Shown piece by piece: positions 50,090 to 61,654 of a stretch of 64,000 bases of DNA. Numbering within the stretch: position 1 is the stretch's first letter; each line of letters opens with the position of its first letter. The stretch lies in the NCBI GenBank assembly GCA_026023565.1, contig JAPETS010000026.1:248001-312000 (forward strand). The letters are read 5' to 3'. This DNA is from Cirrosporium novae-zelandiae (Eukaryota). The position numbers and the translations under genes are program-made. The notes beneath the pieces are model-generated. The model worked only from the letters and a program-made list of their open reading frames with translations. It had not been told where the DNA came from and did not search any database.

Positions 50090-51019
50090 GAAGTAGGAAG
50101 GGGAGGGAAGGGGGGGGATTATGGCTGTTGTGGAGATAATACACCTACATGTTGTGTTATGTTATGATATTGATATAATGAATACATGATTATGGCTTCG
50201 TTACCTAACCCACCTTTAACGAGTGGTAGTAGTGGGGGGCTTAGCCAACTGTTTTTTTTTTAAATTTTTGGATTCATGGAAATTGATTGATTGATTGATT
50301 TGACTTGACTTGCTCGGGGTGGGTATGAGTGAGAGAGAAAGGGAGAAAGGGAGGTGAGAGAAGGAGAAAGAGGGCAGGGGGGGGAAGAGGAGTGGGGGAG
50401 AGGAGGGAGAGAAGAAAGTATGACTGTTATGATATTATACTGCTAATATGATATCGATGAATGCATGACTCGTGGGTTCCTACTATCCCCTCAACCCTCA
50501 ACCCCTTACAAAAAAAAAAAGAAAAAAGTGATATTATTATTAAAAAGACAACTCAACACTCTTTACCTGAAATAAGCCAAAAAAGGAAACGTGAGATATA
50601 TATATATATAATCCTAGCTACGGCTGTAACAGTAACAATAACAGATATATCCCAAAGTACCTAAGGTAAATAAGTAAGAAAATATAAAAATATAAAAATA
50701 AAAAGTACGAAGAAAAAAAAAAAGAACGGAAAAAGCAAAACCACCTATATAAGAATGGGATATATAGAATATGTCTAGGATTTTTTTTTTAGTTTTTTTT
50801 TTTAGTTTTTTTTTTTAGCTATATATAATAATTATAAATAAAAATGGGGTATTGGGTTGATAGCTCTCTTCCCCCTCTTCCCCCCTCTTCCCCTTTCCTA
50901 TTTTTTTGTGAAGAATAAAAATATTAAGGACTTAAGAAAGGAAAACTGAAATTGAAAAAAAAAATAGATAGATAGATAGATATACCCGACTTTATAGATA
51001 TCCTCAACTCATTAGATAG

Positions 51020-51535
51020 ATAGGATAGATATATCTATTTCAAAAAAAAAAAAATCTAAACTTTGGTGGTGTTTGGTGTACAAAAAACTTATGAAAAAAG
51101 TTTTTTTCTTTTCTTCTTCTTCAGGGAAGAAAGAAAGGAAGAAAGGGGGAGGGGGGGTATCTCATCTCTCCACCACCACCACCAATCACTGGTAATGTGT
51201 TTTTTTTTTGCATTGCATTGCGGGCTTGCGAACTTGGTTATTTGGTTCTCAACCTCTCCCCCCTCTAAGTACATTACCTAGGTAACCAAAAACCCAAAAC
51301 TGAAAGATTATCATCCGAAGTTATAGTGTAGATAGGGTGGATATCTATTTCAAAAAAAACAAATCTAAACTCGGTCGTGGTGATAGTAGTGTACAAAAAA
51401 ACCTATGAATTTTTTTTTTCAGCTTGAGCTGTTCAAAAGAAAGGAAGAAAGGGTATCTCTCTCCACCATAATCAATAATATTCTTCTTTTTTTTGCTTGA
51501 TCTCCCTCTCTTTTTTTCTCTTTTGCATTGATTGC
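51020..51535. repeat. Diverged direct duplication (~310-bp period) downstream of SRP40
   Basis: GATATCTATTTCAAAAAAA..AAATCTAAACT..GTGTACAAAAAAC.TATGAA..AAGAAAGGAAGAAAGGG..CTCTCCACCA..TTTTGCATTG occurs at ~51028 and at ~51340. Confidence 0.75.
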
Positions 51536-51618
51536 TAGGTTATCAAAAACTTGTAGCATCCCCCCTTTCCAAGGTTCACTTTGCTCATCCATCCATCCAT
51601 GCCATTAATATCCCCCTC

Positions 51619-53364
51619 TCAATCCGTAAATTTAGTACTATTAACCCCGAAAGAATCAATCGGTCCCCCACGATACGACCCCCTTTTCTTCTTATTCTTC
51701 TCCTTCGTAAACCCCTTCCCCTTGGTGATGCTCAGATCACTGTAAGCCTGGTCCGCGTAAGCATAGGGAACGTATTTGTTGCTAGAGAAGAGCGGGTCAA
51801 CATAGGTGTCCTTTGGGATACGGGAGAATGGGACGTTGCCTTGTTTTGACTGGGATTGGCTGATACTACTACTGCTAATACTTCTTTGGGAGTTGGGGTT
51901 TGGGTTTGGGTTTGGGTTGGTAGATTGACCCGAGAGGGTGTCAGAAGAGTCTGAGGACGTGCCTTTTGTTGGGATTGGGACAGCTTTTTTGGGTTTGGAG
52001 TGAGTGACGGCTTTTTTGTTATTATCGCTGTCGTCGCTATCCGAGTCGCTGCCGTTGTCACTGCCACCCTCGCTGTCATCCTCGCTGTCATCATCACTAT
52101 CATCATCACTATCATCGCTGTCATTATCTTCGTCGTCATCACTGGATTTATCACTGTCATCGGATGCAGCGTCCGAGGATCCAGATTCAGGTAGTGGGAC
52201 GTTCGCAGGATCGACATCTGAGTCTGAATCGCTGTCGTCATCGGAGTCTTTCTCCTCTTCAGAGTCTGAATCCGAATCCGCGGACTCGGAGTCGCTGCTG
52301 GATTTCTCGTCAGAACTTGAGCTTGGTGAGTCCTTTTTCTTTTCCTCCGTAGTCCTAGCTTTCTTTGCCTTGTGTTTTTCCTCTTCCTCTTCTGGATCGG
52401 AATCGGAATCGGAGTCGGAGCTTGAGTTCGATTCGGAGGAAGATGAACTGCTAGACGGGGCTTTGCGTTTTAGTTTGTTTGGTGGTGGTGCTGGTTGCTC
52501 TTCCTCCTCCTCTTCCTCCTCTTCCTCCTCTTCCTCTTCAGACTCGCTGTTAGAAGAGTCGGAGCTCGAACCTTCGGATTCAGCGCCGGAAGACTCAGCT
52601 TTAGTCTTCTGCTTGAGTTCATTGTTCAATTGGATGTTAGTGGCCTTTTCGGTCTTTTCATCCGAATCGGAATCGTCAGAGGACTCGGAATCGGCATCGC
52701 TGTCAGAGCCTGAGGACGAGTTTGCGGACTTGGATTTCGATTTGGTAGTTTCCGGCTTGATGACGGGGGCGTCCTCCATCTCAACGTCGTACTCAGCCTC
52801 TGAACTCTCCTCTTCGCTGTCATCGTCGCTGCTGTCGCTATTATCCTCGCTTTCATCTTTAGCTTCGTCTTCGCTCTCGTCCTTACTTTTCTCCTCGCCC
52901 TTGTTCTTGTGTTTAGGCTTGCTCTCTTCTTTGCTCTCTTGTTCACTCTCGTTCTCACTTTCATCTTCACTGTCGGACTCGCTGTCAGACTCGCTGTCGG
53001 ACTCGCTTTCATCCTTGCTCTTATTCTCGCCCTCGTTTTCACTCTCATTTTCACTCTCGCTCTCGTTCTTCTCATCCTCACTCTCATTCTCGCTGTCGCC
53101 GTCACTCTCACCCTCATTATCCTCACCACTGGAACTCTCATCCTCATTGGTGCCCTGCTTCTTCTTCCATTCCTTGTAAATGTTGACCAATGAGGTCTCC
53201 CCAACCTTCGACATATCCAATTGACCATTAGCCTGTTTCCTGATATCCTGGCTAGCAGCTTTGAAACCATTTTCGTGGAGAAAGGCAGTAACAAGGTTCA
53301 AGAGGCCGTCCGGTATAGGTGGTCGCTCCGGTGTCTTCTGGGTGGCTTTTTTTGATTTCGCCAT
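51619..53364 (-). CDS. SRP40: Nucleolar Ser/acidic protein Srp40 (NOLC1 family)
   Basis: LisH-like N-terminus (LLNLVTAFLHENGF), long S/E/D tracts, and the SRP40_C motif PFSRIP...YADQAYSDLSITKGKGFTKEKNKKKRGSYRGGPID. Confidence 0.93.
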   Translation of the reverse strand: MAKSKKATQKTPERPPIPDGLLNLVTAFLHENGFKAASQDIRKQANGQLDMSKVGETSLVNIYKEWKKKQGTNEDESSSGEDNEGESDGDSENESEDEKNESESENESENEGENKSKDESESDSESDSESDSEDESENESEQESKEESKPKHKNKGEEKSKDESEDEAKDESEDNSDSSDDDSEEESSEAEYDVEMEDAPVIKPETTKSKSKSANSSSGSDSDADSESSDDSDSDEKTEKATNIQLNNELKQKTKAESSGAESEGSSSDSSNSESEEEEEEEEEEEEEEQPAPPPNKLKRKAPSSSSSSSESNSSSDSDSDSDPEEEEEKHKAKKARTTEEKKKDSPSSSSDEKSSSDSESADSDSDSEEEKDSDDDSDSDSDVDPANVPLPESGSSDAASDDSDKSSDDDEDNDSDDSDDDSDDDSEDDSEGGSDNGSDSDSDDSDNNKKAVTHSKPKKAVPIPTKGTSSDSSDTLSGQSTNPNPNPNPNSQRSISSSSISQSQSKQGNVPFSRIPKDTYVDPLFSSNKYVPYAYADQAYSDLSITKGKGFTKEKNKKKRGSYRGGPIDSFGVNSTKFTD

Positions 53365-54421
53365 TTTGTGATGAGAGGATTTTAGTCTAGATTTTTAGAG
53401 CAAAGAGTGTTGCAGTAAGCGAAAGGAGGGCAGGCTGTCTATACAGTGTTAATACAAAAGTGTTGGGTAAGATTGAAGTTAACGCTTAGTTGTTGAAGAT
53501 TGAGTCGTGGGTTGGCCTGTGGGAGAAAAAAATGCTAGACATGGTCTGTGCTGAAGCTAAGGATCGATCTGGCGCGTGCGGTGAACGCGACGCGAGGATA
53601 CTTGATTTGCTACTCCAGCGTATCCAGTATTACCAATGCCATCCCTCCAACAATTAATATGAAAGACAGTAAAGGCATGGAGATTGACTAGATTCGCCTA
53701 GCTTATCTATTTTTTATGTCCTCAAGACTCCTCCTCCAGTAGAAAGAGATAAGGCTATTAGATAGATAAGCCAATAAAGTATTCTAACTTTAAAGTGTGA
53801 GATTTTGTATTGTATTTAGGTATTCAAGTATCAGGCTAAACATCGATGATGTATTTATGAGTTAGTTGAGTCATTTCTCGGGATATACATTTGAGAGCTC
53901 TTCATGCAACATGGTATCTAGAGTAAACCCGATCTTCATTTTGAGTTAATGTTTCATATATAGTTTCGAGGAATAAATTCTGCAAGATGGCCTGCTTCAT
54001 TTCACAGGAAACAAGGTTCACGGATAGTCTCAATACAGAATGAAATTCTTGTATTATCCATCTTCATAGACCATATATATGCATTAATCCTTAGCACATT
54101 CTCTTTTAAAGGTCGAAATGAATATAAATACTTGGATCATGCTTAGGCAGTCCTGGGTATTAGCTTTCAAGGTGAACTCTTCGACTTCCATCTACCACCG
54201 GCTGTCCGCTCGGGGCCTAGTAGATATTTGTAGTTAAGTAAAGCAGCTTATGGATTTGGAGGTGATGACGTCAGCTGTGTCCTCATGGCGATGACTATCG
54301 GGTGCTGTCTTATTCTTAGTATCGGTGACTTTGCCTTTGTTTTCAGACCTCATTGTCTTCCAAACGAAGAATACTGGTACTGAGTGTAGGTTGCCGAGTA
54401 TCCAACCTTCTTTTCTGATAT

Positions 54422-56240
54422 TCAAGAGCCGACTTTAGGGGCAAACCTCCCCAACGCTGGTCCCAATTCATCGTTCTCAGCTTTATTATCTTTCCTCGTC
54501 TTCTTATTGGTCTCCTTTCTCAATGACTCGAGCTGCACCCGTCGCTCGTCAATGATATTCTTACCACCCTTCTTTCTCAAATACTTCCTTAGACTACTGT
54601 TCTTGCCTCTTCCCCTGTTCTTGATTTTCGCTAGTGGATCCTCAGGCTTGCGATCAAGATCCTTCTGTTTCTGTCGTTCGGCATTAGACGTTAGATCCAG
54701 ATTGCCGATGAAATCGGGATTTATAGATATAGCTTCAGGCTGAATCTTTTCCTTGAGCATGCGGACTTCGGCTTCTTGCCGTTGTTTGGTATTTTCGTAA
54801 GGATTAATCTCCAGAGCATCGAAATTGGGTTCACCTGCACCAGGGACGATGAGGGAGGAGAATCCTTGATCGTGGCTAACACCAAGAATATCTTCAAAGG
54901 GACACCACTTAAAACATATTAGTTAAAGGTAGATGTGGAATGCTGTTAGGTGAAACCTTACTCTAACGCTCTCGATGCGTTTTCCCTGGCCACCCCAGGC
55001 CATGTAAGGGCTTCGTACCCTTTCCTGGTCCTCTTTGGCTTGGTCGAAAAGACCTCTCCAGATTGAAACTTGAGTGCCCCAACCTACAGCCGTGAGATTC
55101 CGGTCGCTGATCGCTAGGGACGCTCCAGGTCGATGGAGAGAATAATCGTTGAGTTCCTTGAACATACGAATGTCCCAGACTGCCATCCTCATATCTTGGC
55201 CTGTAGAGACCATGTACCGGCCTTCTCGATCTATAGCGACTGAGCGGACAGGACCGCGATGGGCTAACATTTTGACTAGAGGATCTGGAGAGTTAGGGGA
55301 CCAGAGGGTTACTGTGCCATTCTGGTGGCCTAGGTGGATTATTGCATTAGATGGATTCTAGTATGTGTTAGACGAGTATATGGTAATCGAGTAAATATAT
55401 AACTTACCTGTGTCATGGCAGTAGGAGTACCTAGCTTCGTACGAAGTTCAGCGACCATTAAGCCCAGGGAAAAGTCGGTGTCTATAGATCAGGTAAGTCA
55501 CAAATTTGGACGAGAAAAGGATCTAAGGATATGAGCATACATTTAAGATAGCCAGCATTGCCGACACTTGCAAGAAGGAAGTGATAAGGTAAGAATTCCA
55601 TGAACCGGGGCTCGATATGCTTGTCGTAACAATGTAGCTCCACTCCGCTGTGATCATAAATGTATACATGTCTGCTCTGAGCTACGGCAAAATACTGATC
55701 ATTATGAAGCCATCGTGCATCTCGTACTGTCTCCCCCAGTTGTAGCTCACAGCCTAGTTTCCCAGCCCTCCAATCCATAGTGGCAACATGTCCTTTGCGC
55801 CCAGCGAGAAGTAGGCTCCGTCCATTCCGAGTGTAATCGAGAGTATAAGGCCCCAGCTCTAATTTGAGCTCAAAGCCTTTCTTCGCAGTCTCAATGTCAA
55901 CATTTTGCTTTAGTTCTTCTTGTGTAACCTTGTAAGTTCGCTCGAGTTCTTCCTCTGGCTCAAGGAAACCAGATTCATTCTCTAGTAAGATTTCCGCATC
56001 TTTCGCTTTTATCGTCGCATCTTTATATTTGTTTTCGAGAGTCCTAAGATTTGCCCTAAGCTTCTTATCTTTCACCCTCTTTGTTGAAATTTTCTTCCCT
56101 CGTCCATATTCTTTTTGAGCTTCCGCTGCTCTATGTTCAAGTTCTTGCGCTTCCTTGTCTAAGGGCTCTTTCCTCTTTCGCTTTCGTTGTTGTGATAATT
56201 CAAGATCAGCAGGCTGATCAACAACTCTTTGGTCGTCCAT
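54422..56240 (-). CDS. UTP7: U3 snoRNP WD40 protein Utp7 (BING4/WDR46), 3 introns
   Basis: LGPYTLDYTRNGRSLLLAGRKGHVA, FLPYHFLL, IIHLGHQNGTVTLWSP, CPFEDILGVSH, LIVPGAGEPNFDALEINPYE, LKEKIQPE, ALGRF. Confidence 0.95.
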
Positions 56241-56493
56241 TGAGGTAGCAGGTGGAGGGACTTTGGAGAATGAAGAAGTAATTAAGTCAACATCGTTGGT
56301 AAAATAAAACTCGCGATAATTTGTCGTAGTCAAAGCTTCCAATCGCTGCCAAGATTTCGCCTCGGCTAGACCGCACTAAGGAATTCTGCCCTTATCGATT
56401 ACAACACCAAATAATCTGCAATTTCTCCACTTTCACCTTCCTCTTACTCCCAAGCTGGCTTCTTTACCGTACAGATTTAGTGCTGGAGGAAAT
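56241..56493. promoter_or_regulatory. Bidirectional promoter between UTP7 and TSR1
   Basis: The two head-to-head ATGs are separated by 253 bp. Contains CGCGATAA (~56312) and CTTATCGAT (56391). Confidence 0.65.
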
Positions 56494-59005
56494 ATGGTGC
56501 CGGTTCCAGATCAGTTCCACCATAGGAACACGACCAAGGCGTCGAACAAACCGTTCAAATCTAGGCACGCAACTAAAGGTGCGATTAAGGATCGAGTAAA
56601 AGGTTAGAAAATGTCTTTTGTCAGTGGCGATTGAACCATTTTCTCATAGGTCATATAGGAAAGGTCGAAGACTGGAAGAAAGAGCGCAAGACCCCCCATC
56701 AGCAACTTATGTCTAAACTCGATCGACGAAACCAAGCTCGACAAAAACAACAAGTTAAATACCAAGAGAAGGCGAAGGCTACAAGTATATTCGCTGGAAA
56801 ACAAGGCGCCCCAAGATATGTCGCAATTGTACCCTTGACAGAAGATGCCAACCCCCATGAAGCTATATGGAAACTCAACTCAAGTGTCGACCTGGAAGAC
56901 CGGGTACAGGATGAAGAATTCGTGAGAGCCAGGGTTGACAGATTTAAGCAAAATATTATATATGTTCCGGCCCAAAGGGATTTGTTTTCAGCCCTTGACG
57001 CCTGCCGAATTGCGGATTACGTGATATTTATCATGTCTGCGAAACAAGAAGTTGATGAATTGGGAGAGACTTTTCTACGGAGCATCGAGGGACAAGGGGT
57101 TTCAAATGCTGTTGCGGTTGTTCAGGTACCATGCCTATCCCTAATATGTCCAGTATTATACAACTAACAATTATAAAGGGCCTTGATAGCATTGAACCCG
57201 CCAAAAAAAGGACGCCAGTTGTTTCGTCGTTGAAGTCATTCATTACGCATTTCTTTCCTACTCTAGAAAAGGTCTATTCTCTTGATGCACGCCAAGAATG
57301 TTCAAATGTCATGCGTTCCCTGTGTAGCTCAATGCCCAAAGGAATCAAGTGGAGAGAAGACCGAAGTTGGATGTTCATTGAGGACATACAGTGGCCAGCA
57401 GAACAGACTGGGGCAAATCAAAAAGGAGATGTTATTGTTACTGGAGTAGTACGAGGGAAAAGTTTGAAAGCGGATAGACTTGTTCAAGTCGGTGACTGGG
57501 GAGATTTCCAGATATCAAAAATCCTAACAGCACCATTGGTAAAACTACCAAGGGTAGGCAATGATAACATGGCGATTGATGAGGAGAAAGAGGAAATATT
57601 AGACCAGCCTACAGATGATCGAGATGATTTAGAAGAGCTTGCCAGGGAAGAAATTATGATGGAGGACGTTGACGATGTATCAATGGCTCAAACCGAGAGG
57701 AAGGGCGTTCTACTTGATGATCACCACTACTTCTCAGATGACGATGGAGACCAGGTAGTTGCAGCTCCGGTATCCAAGAAGCTTCCGAGAGGAACATCAT
57801 CATATCAAGCTGCGTGGTATATCGATGATGTGTCCGACTCTGGTTCAGAAGTGGATGAGACGGAAGACATGGATGGGGATATATCAATGGACGCCACCGC
57901 TCATCCTGAAGATGGGATAGAAGGGCTTGTCGCACCTCCCACAGAAGCAGCCATGACCGAGGCTGCTCCATCTGAATACCCACAATCTGAAATGTTTTTG
58001 GACCCGACGCCTGATGACGAAGCGGAGCAAATCGCATCCTACCGTGCGAAACGGAAAGATGCAGACGATGACCTTGAGTTCCCTGATGAAATCGAACTTC
58101 ATCCCAATGTTCTTGCCCGCGAACGACTTGCCCGCTACCGTGGCCTCAAATCACTACGTACATCAACATGGGAAACTGATGAAGACCGAGCTCACGAACC
58201 AGAATGCTGGCGTCGTCTCCTACAAATTATGGACTACAAAGGCGCGCGCAATCACGCAATGAATGAAGCTCTCGTGGGTGGTGCCAAAGCTGGTTCTAGG
58301 GTCTCCGTACACCTCATCAATGTTCCTCTTACTCTCCGTTCAAGTCCCAAGCCGACAGCCCTTTTCTCTCTCCTCCGCCACGAGCACAAACGTACCGTGA
58401 CAAATTTCTCTGTTACTCTTGACGCCGAGTATCCATCTCCGATAAAATCAAAAATGGAATTACTCATGCAATGTGGACCCCGCCGCATGCTCGTCAATCC
58501 TCTTTTCTCTCAATCCGGCACTACACCCAATGATGTACATAAATTTGATCGATATCTTCATCCTGGCCGCACCGCTATTGCATCGTTTATCGCGCCCTTG
58601 ACCTGGGGATCCGTTCCCACCCTCTTCTTCAATCCTTCCTCTTCGTCACTCATTGGCACTGGCACCTCCCTCCCTCCTTCCACCAGTCGTGTGGTAGCCA
58701 AAAGGTGTATCCTCACGGGACATCCTTATAAAATCAACAAGAAGGTTGTCACAATCCGGTACATGTTTTTCAACACTGAGGATGTGAATTGGTTCAAGGC
58801 GCTTCCACTATGGACGAGAAGAGGGAGAAGCGGGTTTATCAAGGAGAGTCTTGGCACTCATGGATACTTTAAAGCGACATTTGATGGGAGGATCAATCCT
58901 ATGGACGCGGTGGGAGTGAGCCTCTACAAGAGGGTTTTTCCAAGATGGTCAAAAGCATGGTCAAAAGAAGAGGAAGAGATTCCTACGTTGATGGAAGCTG
59001 TATAG
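56494..59005 (+). CDS. TSR1: Pre-40S ribosome biogenesis factor Tsr1, 2 introns (~56603-56650, ~57126-57178)
   Basis: HHRNTTK..NKPFKSRHATKG, MSKLDRRNQARQ, LPRGTSSYQAAW, EFPDEIELHP, RYRGLKSLRTS, LLRHEHK, IRYMFFN, GFIKESLGTHGYFK, SLYKRVFPR. Confidence 0.96.
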
Positions 59006-59922
59006 AAAGATGGATGGTTACTATCGTTAATGAAGATTTGATGATACCAAAAGGAAGGCGTAACAACATGCTGCGGGTTGGCTGTATTTCCGGTTAATGA
59101 ATATGATAAATGTGCACAGATAATGCATGGACGCCTCAGGCAATATACAACTATGGAGAAGCGACGTCAGGTTAGTTTGCTGGCGAACTCCGTCAGGGAT
59201 TATTGATGATTGGAAAAAGAAAATCCGGATCTTATGACTTTTGGGAAGTAGAGGAGTGTCAGGTACTATATTATGCATCAGGAATTTGCTCAGTATTTGG
59301 ATGAAACATAGACAGACTTGTCCAGGATAGTGATTCCATTATCCTTTTGGGGAATAGTGAGGCTCGGAAGCAGTGGTAATTTTGACTAGGGGTCGGCAAG
59401 AGCTGGAAACGATAGAAACGATGGAAACAATGGAAACAATATTGGAAACAGTGGGATACAGAGAAACCGAGGGGATTAAATTACCTTAACCTTACTTAGA
59501 TGCTTGAAACGATACGCCAAGAATAAATTACCGGATCGGGGCTATGGCCAAGGCCGATCGGTGAGCGCTTCTTTTGAATTTTATAAATTTCTGGTCTTTC
59601 TTAGTCAATCACCCCATGGAATGCCACTCAATGACGCTGAATAGTATGAATGCTATGGTACTTACTTTCCCATCCCCCCACTACGCTATACTATCATCTT
59701 TGTTTATCCGTTTCCACCCAATATTTCAACATTTCAACTACACAAGTTGCAATTAATATGCATAAGACCACTAACCAGCTCATCCTTCTCTGACCCCCAC
59801 CAATCATCACTGGACAAAAGACGCCCAGCACTTGATGATGATCGTCCACTTGTCTGCACTAGACAAGTTTCCAGAAGCTCAGGGACATAATATCAATATT
59901 TTACTATGAACAAACCTCGATT

Positions 59923-59936
59923 CGGCCCCGCTCCCG
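59923..59936. promoter_or_regulatory. Candidate ClrB/CLR-2-type site (CGG-N8-CCG) overlapping a CreA site
   Basis: CGGCCCCGCTCCCG lies ~340 bp upstream of the cellulase ATG. The internal CCCCGC is SYGGRG on the minus strand. TATA-like run at ~60066. Confidence 0.4.
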
Positions 59937-60277
59937 TCCAGTAGAGCTCAATGTCCCTCGAATGGCTCCGTACTTTCGGTCAAGAGTAAGCCATGTTGCA
60001 ATATACTCGTGACCCAAACTATACTAGGTCCTCCTTATCCTGAGATTACCAGATAAATGATCTAGTATATATATCTTCACCACCCTGCTGTTTTGTTTTT
60101 TCTTCACCAGCTCCAGCTGCTTCGAACTCTTCACGTTCTTTTTACCAAACCTTGACGGTCTTTCAACTACTACAGTGCCGGCACTGTTATTCATTCCTTC
60201 TTACTACATAGTAGTTGCTACCAAATCTTGTTTGATTGTTGTTTTATCAATTCGATTAGCCAATCCTTTTATCCATC

Positions 60278-61654
60278 ATGTTTACCACAGCTACCATTGC
60301 GTCTCTATCGCTCTTCGGCCTCGCGCGCGCCCAACAAGCAGGTTCAAGTACAACCGAAACTCACCCTACCCTCAACACTCAGGAGTGCGACTCTGATGGG
60401 ACCTGCACAACTCTTGATACATCTGTCGTGTTGGACTCGAACTGGAGATGGACCTATGACTCCTCCAGTACAAATTGTTACACCGGTAACGAATGGGACA
60501 CGACTATCTGTACCGACCCGGACACCTGTGCCACGAGCTGTTACTTGGATGGCGCAGCCTATGAAGATACCTACGGTGTTACTTCAACTGACGATGCCTT
60601 GACTCTTTCATTCGTCACCGAAGGAACTTACTCCACCAACATTGGTTCTCGTCTCTACCTCATGTCCAATGAGACCAATTACAAAATGTTCCACCTCAAG
60701 AACAGGGAATTCACTTTCACTGTAGATGTTTCCAATCTTCCTTGCGGTCTCAACGGTGCTTTGTACTTTGTTGACATGGATTCCGATGGCGGTATGTCCA
60801 AGTATACCAACAACGACGCTGGTGCCAAATATGGAACCGGTTACTGTGATGCCCAATGTCCTCATGACATTAAGTTCATCAATGGTGAGGCCAATATCCT
60901 TAACTGGACGGCTTCAACTTCCGATTCAAACTCTGGAACCGGTTACTATGGCAGCTGCTGCAATGAAATGGATGTCTGGGAAGCCAACAAGATCTCCAAT
61001 GCTTACACTCCTCATGTTTGCACTATCTCTGGTCAAACTCGTTGCTGTGGTACTGGCTGTGGTGATGATTCTTCTGATGAGAGATATGCTGGTGTTTGCG
61101 ACAAAGATGGCTGCGACTTCAACCCCTACCGTATGGGCAACGAATCCTTCTATGGAGAAGGTCAAACCGTCGACACCTCCTCTGAATTTACCGTTGTTAC
61201 TCAATTCGTTACCGATGACGGCACCGACACTGGCACCCTTTCTGAAATCCGCCGTATCTGGATCCAAGACAGCGTTGTTATCCAAAACGCCGTCAGCAGC
61301 ATCACCGGCATGGATGAATACGACTCGATCACTGATGACTTCTGCGAGGCCCAAAAGACCGCTTTCGGTGACACCGACAGCTTTGAGGCTCGCGGTGGTC
61401 TTTCCGTCATGGGTGATGCTCTCGACACTGGTATGGTTCTCGTCATGAGTCTTTGGGATGATCATGCTGCCGACATGCTCTGGCTCGATTCTGACTACCC
61501 CACTGATGCCACTGCCACCGACCCCGGTGTATCTCGTGGAACTTGTGCCACCACCTCCGGTGACCCAGATACTGTTGAGTCCACCTACCCCGATGCCTCG
61601 GTTACTTTCTCAAGCATCAAGTTCGGACCCATCGGCTCTACATACAGTTCATAA
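60278..61654 (+). CDS. GH7 cellobiohydrolase I, secreted, no linker or CBM1, intronless
   Basis: Signal peptide ending [39 protein letters not shown], catalytic [38 protein letters not shown]. Confidence 0.97.
   Translation: MFTTATIASLSLFGLARAQQAGSSTTETHPTLNTQECDSDGTCTTLDTSVVLDSNWRWTYDSSSTNCYTGNEWDTTICTDPDTCATSCYLDGAAYEDTYGVTSTDDALTLSFVTEGTYSTNIGSRLYLMSNETNYKMFHLKNREFTFTVDVSNLPCGLNGALYFVDMDSDGGMSKYTNNDAGAKYGTGYCDAQCPHDIKFINGEANILNWTASTSDSNSGTGYYGSCCNEMDVWEANKISNAYTPHVCTISGQTRCCGTGCGDDSSDERYAGVCDKDGCDFNPYRMGNESFYGEGQTVDTSSEFTVVTQFVTDDGTDTGTLSEIRRIWIQDSVVIQNAVSSITGMDEYDSITDDFCEAQKTAFGDTDSFEARGGLSVMGDALDTGMVLVMSLWDDHAADMLWLDSDYPTDATATDPGVSRGTCATTSGDPDTVESTYPDASVTFSSIKFGPIGSTYSS

Noticed and set aside
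52004..53179. 391-aa Ser/Leu-rich plus-strand ORF
   Set aside because: Antisense shadow of the low-complexity SRP40 coding sequence.
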